Positions 48,901 through 59,000 of a stretch of DNA of 64,000 nt are shown here, piece by piece. Made by a program: the position numbers and the translations under genes. Every line of letters starts with the position of its first letter. The first letter of the stretch is position 1. Source of the DNA: Myxococcota bacterium (lineage in GTDB: Bacteria; Myxococcota_A; SURF-8; G963663525); NCBI GenBank assembly GCA_963676915.2, contig CAXXVK010000059.1, positions 1 to 64,000 of the forward strand, in the 5' to 3' direction. Below the pieces are notes generated by a model. That model was not told the origin of the DNA. It ran no database searches and saw nothing but the letters and a program-made list of their open reading frames with translations.

Positions 48901-49422
48901 ACGGTCACTCAAATACGGTGAATTTACTAAGCACATACCGAGGCGCATTCGGATGTCGATCAGAAGGGATTGACTATTGGGTTTGTTTGAATTTCTCAGA
49001 CTTGAGAGGGGGACGAGGTTATTGACTTCCAATATTAACGTGAGTGCAAGAGGATCATCAACTTGGGTTTTCCCCACATAGACCCATGCGAATCCAATAA
49101 CAGCAGTAATATCTTCGGAAGAAAATACTTTGGATTTTGTTGCAGAAATATACTTAAGCAGCAATAGCAGAAAGAATGGATTGGCTATCCTTTGAGGATC
49201 ACCGAGTATTTCCTTCCTTCTTTGTTTCGATGGAACCTTGCCATATTTCATCACCTGAGCGACTGTTTCTGCTGCCTTTTCTGGATGGACACCCTCATCT
49301 TCGATCAAGGAAACAAAATGCTTCCAACCTTTTCGGAAAATATTTCCACCTTTATAGCGTAATCGAGAAGATGACTTGATTTGTTTCTTATTCTTCGGCA
49401 TGCAGATAAAGTTTCTATTCAC
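46000..49422 (-). CDS. TPR-like + CHAT (caspase-like) protease
   Basis: Helical repeats (LHNLAEA...NLQKAVEYF, QSSLASAY), LPLEAI, FAHG (His), LWACDS (Cys), GIATAFLVAGAKRVIGS.W and PWTWAGW. Confidence 0.85.
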   Translation of the reverse strand: MNRNFICMPKNKKQIKSSSRLRYKGGNIFRKGWKHFVSLIEDEGVHPEKAAETVAQVMKYGKVPSKQRRKEILGDPQRIANPFFLLLLLKYISATKSKVFSSEDITAVIGFAWVYVGKTQVDDPLALTLILEVNNLVPLSSLRNSNKPNSQSLLIDIRMRLGMCLVNSPYLSDRDWGNGILQELVSVSERMLDDTYDPNLSGLLGQILHNLAEAMKDESSGDRTSNLQKAVEYFRKANSIQERINSPNQFWMTQSSLASAYKYLADNCTDDEDRHLYYLNAIDIHEESLAEYYRKQPMSIERIEKELNFSNAKREYIHFLHQRGEVTEEEKEERLKLLADRILPLLKKHPRRHTSGVAQNIQVYEQLANLETAVDPRTGLDSLLMRIAGNGILGRTDAGHLSSALMSIRENPSEALPSLRTCLQHINLLDTGLKETKVVLIQEWMFLKRHLKNIGDEALSTYLSKRLADLESQLVDVRLPNVYRLLISRQMNFLSILDPARNKRVVSAEKFLELAEMSGAACYRSDMGFYGQGEVKTYSEAVWRMNLYRTRVTLEKWADHHFHELALDVNDPILSSIQKLPIESFNYNFNPDGNITQEQNKNPTEEMFREAALLGDLFKEGQEKGFLPSGNLKIPRLDLEELINWLEKNSRTGILTIGGYNNENRNATISLFLLDGHEIREIPVFGESNDQNDQLLEALDRLMDVRSRIDFESVQNIETGSIISPDHFSGLEDDLLKYMPKLRSLGISESALEEFNDLLNQLLSDLLPIGEKLHKITEENDIHSLVLLDRKGVRELPLEAIPISTGLETLSEVIAIIRLNTLSARLSTNSDDNSTDVLYIGTPKDHDSILHLAGPLLSRDTSRVAHCAKDGMDTEAARIELESQFSQARNLKIFAHGKYYNFPDSASGIMLDDRKLAEPIIFPWGISEIRCADLTRCARVELWACDSAHYFDPLSYSLDFDEPRGIATAFLVAGAKRVIGSSWKQHPISAILIADAFNRFAENSHSATEDARALGKAIFWYRDLMTAKGIFESTLREFAQNAISGGFNGDEVKRRSIVGALIASHQRLDPDVPHIRYEDFSIVSFDQVMLGPVKRKNQGREDAWIKQPDAAIDKLMDVLRAPWTWAGWRVLASDLSAIAN

Positions 49423-49470
49423 AAATTTGAGTTGAATTCTCGATTTATAATCCTGGTTCTGACATGATAT

Positions 49471-49740
49471 TTATCCATTATTAGGATCATAACCACTTTC
49501 CCCTCTTGCCGTTTCTTTCTTAAATATCTGCTGCCCGCAATTCCTACACTCCCACTTCGGATCATCATCGGTTAGACTGCATCCGCCCACGATTAGTTTT
49601 CCGGATTCAACATCCCGGTAATACTGCTCCGTAGGTATCGGCATTCCGTATAAGATTACACCCATCGGTTTAAAACCGCAGCTTGGACACTTTCCTGGGC
49701 GTCTCACTCGTTCAATACGCTTATTATTGGGTTCTGGCAC
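49471..49740 (-). CDS. Small Zn-ribbon protein
   Basis: CPSCG...ILYGMP...GGC....PKWECRNCG. Confidence 0.7.
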   Translation of the reverse strand: MPEPNNKRIERVRRPGKCPSCGFKPMGVILYGMPIPTEQYYRDVESGKLIVGGCSLTDDDPKWECRNCGQQIFKKETARGESGYDPNNG

Positions 49741-50441
49741 TACATCTCTCCCAAGGCACTGATCGTTGTGCGAACTAAGCTCTGAGCGCTTTCTTCACGT
49801 ATATCGAAAGGGTCGTAGCCGATATCATCTGCCAGCCAGAGCGTTCCCGTTGTTTCCATACAGATACGAGGCTCACCATTTTTCCTGAGAAACCAGAAGC
49901 GATAGGCCGATTGACCAAGAAAGTCATCCGGCAGTTGTTGGGACAGTCTTTCCTTGGCTGGCCTGAACCGATCGAAATCATATACTACGAAGCAACCATC
50001 CATTCCGGAACTGTCGAAATAGCCGTTGCGGCATTGCCACTCATTCGAGACATCCGCCATGTACTGAAGATAGGCGGAAATAAACCTGTATATCTCAACG
50101 TGAACGCCGGGAGAGGTCTCTATTGATGATTCTGTAAGTCCAGCCCAATTCAGCACTTGCAGGTTCAATTCCTCAGGGCTATCAAACATACCTTGCCAAT
50201 CGTGAGAACTTTGCGTCCCATGGTCTGCACCATCCAGCCGGTTAAAAACATGGAAACGACCGTTGAGATTTAGATCGGCAATATGCGTTTGGTCCGTGCT
50301 GTAGAGGGACAGGCAGTCATACTGTCCCCCGCCCGGATGGGTTTCGATTATGCGAAGATCGGGACGTCGACTCACAATGGCGGTGAGCAGTTTCCAAGCT
50401 CGTGCATGGAGCGACGTCACGTTATGAATGGGAGTTCTCAT
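49740..50441 (-). CDS. Conserved hypothetical, possibly TY-Chap2-like
   Basis: RRPDLRIIETHPGGGQYDCLSL motif, recalled from conflict-system-associated proteins. Confidence 0.5.
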   Translation of the reverse strand: MRTPIHNVTSLHARAWKLLTAIVSRRPDLRIIETHPGGGQYDCLSLYSTDQTHIADLNLNGRFHVFNRLDGADHGTQSSHDWQGMFDSPEELNLQVLNWAGLTESSIETSPGVHVEIYRFISAYLQYMADVSNEWQCRNGYFDSSGMDGCFVVYDFDRFRPAKERLSQQLPDDFLGQSAYRFWFLRKNGEPRICMETTGTLWLADDIGYDPFDIREESAQSLVRTTISALGEM

Positions 50442-50454
50442 GCTGATCGTCCCT

Positions 50455-51807
50455 TCATATCGCGATTCGCAAGATTCGGATATTTGAGTCTGACTCAACG
50501 CCAAAAGTCAACTGCCTTGCGAACTGCTGTTTCCCCCGCTCGGTCTGGATGCTTTTCGGTGCGTCAATCCACTTCACCAGTTCTGTTAGGTATACCGGGC
50601 GCAGACGGACTTCGCTCATCTTCTTGCCGGATACGGGTTCGTGAATGGCGATCCGTGACTCGCTGGCCCTGGAACTCATCGTTGGATAGAGGATCGTTGA
50701 GGCTTTCACCTGTGGATGCGCCAGGGCGTACATGCCAAGTTGATAGAGCATATCGCGAGGCAGCGCGTGTTCCCACAGATCCCGGTATTTTGCGTCTAGA
50801 ACTTCTACTGTCCGCGCCTCTTTACGAATAATAAAGTCGGGTCGCGGCAACGGTGCGCGTCGACGCTTGGGGTTGAAATCCGGCTGATAGGCGAACATAC
50901 CCTTCAATGAATGCTCTTCCAGAACCTCGAATTCCGGTAGGTTCTCACGTAGAAAGCGACCAAGCACGCTCTGATACAAGCGGTTCATGTCAAACAGGAA
51001 GCCCGGTATCGGCTGTTCGCTTTCGCTCGAATCCAGCAGGATGCCGTGCGACTGGGCCAATAGCTTTGCAAGGGTAATGGCCGGTTTGTAGTGGCGCAAC
51101 AGCCTTCCGTGCTGTCGATCCAGCTCATCAAAAAATGCTTTGGATAATCGTTGTTCAGATACATCTTCTGACATCACGGACGATAGCTGGCGACATCGAA
51201 ATGCCAGCTGCTTATCGATGGTTAAACGCGCCGCAAGAGCGAGGGACGCCCGCAGGCACTGATTGTGTGGAATGTCGAGAAGACGCGGGTGAATCCGACA
51301 TGGCAGGCGGCTGTCCTGGCGAAAGCCGTCTCTTGCGATGCGTGGGATATCGAGGCGCCCCCTGGGCAACGCCAAATAGCGTTGCTGATCGATGTAACGT
51401 TTTGACAGACCACGCTGCATCAGCGTCTTGATCTCCGCCAGCAGCTGAACGATGAGCAGTTCCACGAGGCCGGATTCTTCGGTATGGATCTCCGATGGAT
51501 CGAAGAGGTGTAGTTTGTTCAGATCGTAAGCATACCGAAAAAGAGAAAGCAGCGGGAGTCGGTCGATCTTGGGTTGAATGTTGAACAGGACCGGGCCGAC
51601 CTGCAAACGCCCGACATAGGACGTGGTTTCAATTTCCAATCCTGATTTCAGATCCTTAACCTGAAGAAATCCGGCACGCGATAGCTTCTCGGCCAGGTTG
51701 CGATCCGGTTCACTCAACGAGATCGGAACGGATGCGCCTCTGTCGTCGACAAGCGTTTTTCGTTGCCACTCATGAAGATTCAGAGAGATATCCGCCTGAT
51801 TGGTCAT
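50455..51807 (-). CDS. mcrC: McrC-family restriction subunit
   Basis: SYVGRL, IQPKI, RGRLD, FDMNRLYQ, RPDF, VLDAKYR and DMLYQL.MYA. Overlaps the McrB stop. Confidence 0.92.
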   Translation of the reverse strand: MTNQADISLNLHEWQRKTLVDDRGASVPISLSEPDRNLAEKLSRAGFLQVKDLKSGLEIETTSYVGRLQVGPVLFNIQPKIDRLPLLSLFRYAYDLNKLHLFDPSEIHTEESGLVELLIVQLLAEIKTLMQRGLSKRYIDQQRYLALPRGRLDIPRIARDGFRQDSRLPCRIHPRLLDIPHNQCLRASLALAARLTIDKQLAFRCRQLSSVMSEDVSEQRLSKAFFDELDRQHGRLLRHYKPAITLAKLLAQSHGILLDSSESEQPIPGFLFDMNRLYQSVLGRFLRENLPEFEVLEEHSLKGMFAYQPDFNPKRRRAPLPRPDFIIRKEARTVEVLDAKYRDLWEHALPRDMLYQLGMYALAHPQVKASTILYPTMSSRASESRIAIHEPVSGKKMSEVRLRPVYLTELVKWIDAPKSIQTERGKQQFARQLTFGVESDSNIRILRIAI

Positions 51808-54573
51808 TCCTCGTTGCTCTCATCCTCTGTATCGGAATCGGCTTCCTCGATTTCTTCATCGGTCGTGTCTTCTTCAGCCTCCACGGACTTATCTGAGGTG
51901 GCGATGTCCGGATTGGGAGCCAATAGCGCTTTTGTCAGTTTGTCGGCATCCATGTTATCGAAAAGCTCCTGACGAATACGCCAGCCCTTCTCGTCGATGA
52001 ACGCCACGCCCAGAATGTGTGTCAACAGACCGTAATCCTCGTAGCAGTATTCCTCCAGAAGCGGCACGATATCGTCGCGCAGGATGCGGGCGAACTCACG
52101 CATGGTGGAAACCGTTTTTCCGCCAGGCATGAAGTAGGCGTGGCCAATTTGCAGGTTACGGGCATCCTGTCCAATGTTTTGACGGATGCGCTCGTTCAGC
52201 GCCTCCAGCCAAAGGCGTATCGGAATCCCTTCGATGACCGCGTCTTCCAGGATGGATGTATCCGGCATCAGTTCCACGAAACCGAAGCGACGGCGCAGGG
52301 CGGTATCAAGTAGGGCAATGGAACGATCCGCTGTGTTCATCGTGCCAATCAAATGCACGTTTTCCGGCACGCTGAATGCCTGCTTGGATACCGGAAGTGT
52401 CAGGCTCAAACCGCGCTTGTCCGCTTCCAGCAGCATGAGAAGTTCGCCGAAGATGCGTGGAATGTCGCCCCGGTTGATCTCGTCGATAATCAGATAGTAG
52501 CTTTTGTTTCTGTTCTCAGACTTGGCAGCGTCCAGACACATCTGCTTGAAGATGCCGTTTTCCAGATGAAAGGAGACCTGTCCGCTTTGCTCTTTCGGCG
52601 AGTAGCCTTCGATGAAATTCTCGTAGCCGTATTCCGGATGGAAACAGCAGGTGCGAACCAAACCGGGCTTTTCATCCGTTCCATTGATTGCCGACTGTTC
52701 TTTCAATGACAGACTGTCAAAGCCCTTTTTGAAGTTCGAGCGGGCAGCAAGCTCCCGCGCCGTGTTCATCGCCCAATAGGTTTTGCCCGTTCCTGGCGGG
52801 CCGTACAGAATGACCTGCTTTTTGCGCTCAAGAATGGTCTGTATGTGTGCGGGGATGCCGGTGAGTTTTCCAAGTGTCGGAGGTTTGATCTCATCGCTGT
52901 CGATGGGTTTTCCTTCCAAGAGGCGTCGTTCGACCTGCAGCAAGATTTCGGCGTGTTTTTCATGGCGTATTTCACGAACCGATGAGAGAAGAAGCCCTTT
53001 CCAAACAGGAAGTACCCATTCATCCAGCGACAACCATTCAACCGAGTGCCGATGCGGAAACTCTGATCCCTCGTGAAACTCGTAGCCTCCCATTACACGA
53101 GCAATACCGCGGACTGTTTTGCCGTCACAGGCCAACACGATATCGTTCTCAGCAATCTGATGGCAAAACGCCAATAGCTGTCCGGCTTGATTTGAGGCTG
53201 TTGAAGGATTATCTGGCCAGATGTCTTTCATCTCTTCGGCAAGCACGTCCTTGTTCTTCTTGGATTGCTCGACTTCAGATAAATCGCCTATCCCCGACCA
53301 GCCTACCGCGATGAAGCGGCCTGCCTTCATGTCTTCCCATATGGCTGGCCCGTCATTGCCCAACTTCGTTCCGATTCGCCAGTATTTGTGCCAAATCTTA
53401 TGTAATTCATTCAGAGCAACCGTTAGTGAGTGAACGTGTATGCCCAACTCCTGGGCCAGCGAAAGAAAGAAATGGGCGGCCTGGTAGCGGCCATCTTTTT
53501 TCGGAGGGTCGATCAGGAGTTTGGTCAGGTGAAACTGCTGGAGCTGAAAATTATGATAGTCGTCGAGGATATCCGGGAACATCAGGGCAAAATACTTGTG
53601 CCCCCCAGGCTTTATAAGCAACATCGGGAATTTCCTCGAACATGGCTTCTTCTAGTTTCCGGTAATCCTCGGCATCCGCATCGGAGGGCATTTGCTTTAG
53701 CAGTTCGACGCCTCGGACGAGTTGCTCGCGATGCATCTTGGCAATACTCACCGCTTCGTCGATGCTTAGTTCCACTTGCTTGGTCGGATGGCCTTTCATC
53801 CATTTTCCGGTTTCTTTTCGTCGGTAGATCCCGAACTTCAAGGCGCTGCCGCCTGCTATGCTGCCGAAAATGGCCGGAAACTCGGAATCGTCTTTGAATT
53901 CCAGCCAATAAACCAGACTATCGTGGCTGGAATGATTGTGCATGTAGTTCAAGAGGTCTTCGCCATCCAAAGCCATCAAGGCATCCGGACCGAACTTTTC
54001 ACGGAAGAGATCGTAATAGCCCTGACGAACATCATCGGACGGGATGTCGCCTTTCCCTTCAAGCTCTTTCACGGTTTTTAGAATACGATCGTAAACGGGT
54101 GAAGCGCCGCCGGTATACTCGCCCTTGCGGACCTTTGCCGGGATTTCCATCACTTCGGCCTGAGTGAGCGCTTCTCCAAGCGGTGTGCTGCGCCAAATCC
54201 CCCGCCCGACATTTTCAATTGCTCCCGCCTTGTTCAGGTAAGTACGCGCCCAAGCCAGACGGTATTGGACTTCGGTCTGCTCTGTGTTGGCATGTATCAC
54301 TCGCTGGAGCCTCGGCGGCATCTCCATCAGACGGATGACGGCGGCAAGATGCTCCTGGATGTTCAAAGGCTGATCGGATTCTTTCAGCGCCTGAAGCCCC
54401 GGCCATAATAAGGCATCATAGGAAGGCATCGGCATTTCGCCATCTCCCAATTGTTCCTCGCGCCATCTGGCTCCCTCCGAGCCTTTCCAAAGCTCACCGA
54501 TCTTTTCGAATGGTAGTCCTTTCAGACGTTTTTCCTGGGCGAATTGATTGTAAGGATTTAAAGGTTTTGCCAT
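51804..54573 (-). CDS. mcrB: McrB-family GTPase with N-terminal Mrr_N domain, split by a +1 frameshift in a G6 run (53601-53606)
   Basis: Mrr_N (PSYDALLWP.LQAL...YRLAWARTYL.KAG); AAA motifs GPPGTGKT, IIDEINRG and MNTADRSIALLDTALRRRF. Removing one G gives KAWGHKYF and a 922-aa ORF. Confidence 0.88.
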
Positions 54574-54610
54574 GAGTTCCTCTCTTGCGTTCCCAGTTTC
54601 CTAAAAACAT

Positions 54611-55332
54611 TTACCGCCGGGACCATAACCCAGTACCGTTTTCGTTAGGTTTGAAAGCGTATGACTTTTCTTTGAAACGGTCCACGTGCCGGACGATACA
54701 CATCGGAGTCAGATCCGTGAAACTGTAAAACGTCACTGTGACCGTACTACCTTTATACGACACGTTCGGTCGCCAATCCTCCGGTTTCTCTTTTTCCCAG
54801 TGCCACGCTTCAAGCATTTCGGGTCATAGCCGAAAAATGAGTTCTTTTTATCCATTCGAAAGGGATCGGTGTCGAGCACAATGTGTTCGCCCCAGGAAAT
54901 GCCGTGCCAGATTGCACCGAATTCGGCCAGCTCACGCGCTAGGATGGAAGCTTCGAGGTAGGAGCGCAGCGAACCGTCGCCGTCGATGGCCTGCATGTAG
55001 TCGTCCAATGCACCCGCAACAATGGGCGGTTCGAGAAAAACATCTTCCCGTCGCTCGCATGTATCGGGATCGGGCAACGGCACATCTTCAGGCAACGCGT
55101 AAACGATGGCGTTGCCGTTGAATCCTTCGCGGAACTGGTAGGCGCGCAGAATGTAGCCGTCCCGTACATGCAACTTCGGGAAGGCATCGACAAGCACCAT
55201 CGGGCTGGGCGTACTCTCATTCCAACCCTGCAGGCCTTCCATGTCGATTTCGCCCAAGCGGTTGGCCTTATTCCGCCAGCGTTTGATTATCGTGGCGGTG
55301 AAGGTTTCGGTGTTAGAAAAGGTTTTCTTCAT
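54611..55332 (-). pseudogene. Hypothetical protein split by a 1-bp deletion
   Basis: ORFs 54733..55332 and 54611..54817 join (GYDPK-MLEAWHW) if A3 at 54817-54819 is A4. Confidence 0.55.
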
Positions 55333-55456
55333 TGTTTAAAGGTCCATTCAAATCAACATATGCATATCATCGTGTCCCAGATGGTCATCGTGCCATTTGG
55401 TGTCATTTATACCTTTCTAAAGTTCACCGATCTTTTTAAAGGGCAGTCTAAGGCTG

Positions 55457-56014
55457 CTATTTTCTCCAAAAGATCTGCTTCATTTCATCCCAGTGTTTGC
55501 GAATATACGAACTGTCGATGGAATTTCTGTGAAACAAACTCTCCTCGTAATCTTCAATCAGTTGATGTTCAGACAGATTTTGGGACAACAATAACCACCG
55601 AACCGGTCGAGGATAAAACTGGTATCTCAGTAACCTAAAGTTCTCCATGTAGAACCCCAGACTTTGGGTGTTGGATAAAAGGATTAGTGACATTTCAGGA
55701 AGCTCAAACGCGAAGTGTGGATATTTTGTGCGGGCGTTCCCATCCCTTTGATGTTCTTGCTTTACGCTTTCCCAGAATGCGGGTTTCTCAGTTTTGAAGG
55801 AATAACCAACTGTTGCGACCCAGTATTGATTCGTCTTGGGAGTGTTGCCATTCTGCAACCCTTCTTTTAGACCTGGAAATAGCATGTGGTTATAAAGCTT
55901 GCCTATCGTATGGTCGTATATCGCAATGTTATTGCGCTTTCGTTGGTTTTGAGTTGTTTTACTGCCAGGCCGAAGCTGTATCATGAGCAAAGTCGGAATT
56001 GCGTTTACGATCAT
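55457..56014 (-). CDS. Hypothetical protein directly downstream of zorD
   Basis: 185-aa ORF with RBS GAGGAG, about 70 bp after the zorD stop. Confidence 0.5.
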   Translation of the reverse strand: MIVNAIPTLLMIQLRPGSKTTQNQRKRNNIAIYDHTIGKLYNHMLFPGLKEGLQNGNTPKTNQYWVATVGYSFKTEKPAFWESVKQEHQRDGNARTKYPHFAFELPEMSLILLSNTQSLGFYMENFRLLRYQFYPRPVRWLLLSQNLSEHQLIEDYEESLFHRNSIDSSYIRKHWDEMKQIFWRK

Positions 56015-56083
56015 TTTTGCTCCTCAATTCTTTTCTGTTATCAACAGATCTTTTCCAATAATCTTACGAATCATTTGGATCGT

Positions 56084-59000
56084 CTACTGTTCTCGTATTT
56101 CCTGAAAGATAGAATCCACAGAACCTCGATCTATAATCATTACTGACTTTTTCTTTGCGAGTCGACGGCTGCCTCGTGAGAATCCAGCAGCGTTCGTAAC
56201 CACGGCCAACTTTATTGGATCAGGAAGCCCGTAACGATTTGCCGCCCTTAAAACTTCCTCCACAGCACCCTTTCCAATCAATCTGCTGGGGGATTGTGTA
56301 TGTTTGCATTGCAATATCAGGTTTGGCAAACTGGATGTTTTTGGGGCTAATGCGATTCCATCAGCTCCGGCATCATGGGAGGTAGGAGTTGTTTGAACGG
56401 TGTATCCCTCAGACTTCAGTTGACCAAGTACCCAATTTTCAAAAGCAACAGGTTCCATTAGATCAATGGTCGTAAGAATGCTTTCTCTGCTCCCTGTTTT
56501 GCCAGTAGCATAACCATGCACAGTATCTTCAAATAGTTCTGTTGCATCACCACTAGAAAAAGCTGTTGGGGCCAATACCGTTTGCGACAACTGTCTTTTC
56601 CTGTCCAGCAAGGCATTCAATTTCAAATCAAAGCTGTTTTCCCTGTAGTCAGGATGAATTGCAAGTGGGTAGTAGACATTCACGTCTTTTGATTGGCCAA
56701 TTCTGTATGCTCTATCGGTGCATTGATCCTCCACAGCCGGATTCCACCATCGTGAGAGATGAATCACATGGTTTGCAGCTGTTAGTGTCAAACCAACGCC
56801 ACCCGCTTTCGGGGAAAGGATCATGCAATCGAAGCCTTGTTTTTCCTGAAATTGGTCTACCCGAAGTTTTCGCTTCTCTCCGCTGACAGTCCCGTTGATA
56901 AGCAATGGTGGAGAACATAACGAATATCGCTTTTGAATGATCGTGCTTAAATTTGATTGCATGTCACAGGATTCAACAAAAATCAAAGCCTTCTCACCCT
57001 TATCTTTGACAGAGTCAAGTGTATTAAATAATTGATGTAACCGGGCGGACTGGCGTATGTACATTTCATCCGATGCTTCAGGGCTAATAAAGGGATGCAA
57101 CGAAATGCTTCTAAGACGATGCAAAGTTTCCAGCATCAATCCTTTTTGCCGCCCCTCACTCGATCGGGCCATCTCAATTGCTTGCGAATAAGCACTTGCT
57201 TGAGTCGGCGGCATTGTCTCTTCAAGGTTGTGAAATTGGATCTTGGGGAGGGAAGATAACTCTTCGTTCTTCATTCTACGAAGCATCAATTGGGGCGAAC
57301 TCTCGGTTAACAGTATCCGATTTAGTTTGTTTGCAGATTCAATATGTTCAGCGGTTGCTTCGTATTCTTTTACAAAATCCTTTAATGAACCGAGAACTCC
57401 CGGTTGCACCATATCCAAAATGCACCAAAGATCCGCCATTCGATTCTCAACGGGTGTTCCCGTCATCGCAATACAGAATTCAATTTGCATCGCTTTGGCT
57501 GCTTCCGTCATCGCAGTACTGGGATTTTTCACTTTCTGAGCTTCATCAAAGATGGCGGCAGCCCATTTTATTTTACCGAAGCTATGCTGATAATCTCGGA
57601 GTGTCTCGTAAGTCGTTAAAACCCAATCATTCCTTTCAATGGCGCGTATATCAAGCAAAGCAATTCCATGGGTCAATTCATTTCCTTTTTCCGCCCCTTG
57701 GATTTTTAAGCATCTGAGTTCTTTCCCGTAAGCGAGCAGTGGCTTTCCGAGTCCTGGTGATTGAAGATGTAGGCCGTGCTCATCACTCCAGTTTTTCAAA
57801 AGACCGGTTGGAGCAACGATAAGGATCGGATTGGAAGGGATCTGACCTCGTTCCATTAACTGGCGCAACCAGAGCAAAAACGCCAACGAAGTGAATGTCT
57901 TTCCCAATCCCATATCATCTGCAAGCAGTGCACCCGAAGTCCCTTTAATAAGATGTTCCTGAAGCCAGTTTAAGCCTGCTACCTGATGATCTTTTAGCGT
58001 AGAACGGAGCTTTTCTGGTATCGATTTACTGAATGAACGTTGATTGGATGTGCAGGCAATATATTCGAGATCTTCGATTTGATCTCGGATGAGCAATACT
58101 GTTTTTTCCTTTGGAACAGAAGATTCTTTTTGCCCCCTATCTTCCCCCTTTTCTGTTGGCTTAGGCTGGGCTTTTTCCGTCAGAGTCTGTAAAGAATCTA
58201 AAACATTCTGTGTTGCTGGAAGCTCGTATTCACCGTATTTTATCGTATCGACGTTTTCTTCTATAGCCGTCCTGACTTTATCTCTGATTTCCGGCAAATC
58301 TTCAGGTGGAATTGTTACGAATTGATCTCCAAGTCGGATTCCTAGTTGTTCGGGCGGAAGCCAGGGTTCCTTGACTGCTTTGATCCATGGGATTACTTTG
58401 GGCTGCCAAAGCCCTATGGCCTTTACGCGATCACTGTAGCCCTCTTCTGAAAATAGGCTTTCGAGGATTTCATCAACAATTTGGTCGCCGATTTCATTTT
58501 TAAGAAAAGATCGAGGATTGCGGATAAACGCCTTACGGACTTCGACCGGTCTCTGTTGATATTCGTGAACAACTTCAAGCCCTCTGCGGATTGGTTCAGT
58601 AAGAACAACATACCAGTTATCCTGAGCAGGATAATGCTTCATAACTTTTCGGCGCTTACGGAAGTATTCTCCAAAGTTGCGACAATACACAGGAGGTAAA
58701 GCTTCGGAAATGATATCTCCCTCAAACGGGCTTTCAATGTCTGATTCTTCCCTGTTAATTGGAACAGGGTTGAAATCCGGTTCACCTGAGTCGTTAATAA
58801 AGGGGGCTAAAGTAAAAGCATTTGGAAATGCAATGTTCATTTCTCTAAGGTATGGATCAACATCTGCTTCATAGTCGAAATCCGGAATTAGCGATTTGAT
58901 CAGAGCAAGAAGACGCCATTTGACATCAAGGGGTTGTGCAGCCTCGGTATTGAAATCGTCGATAATCGAAATAATCGAAAATAGCGGATCAAGCAGGGTA

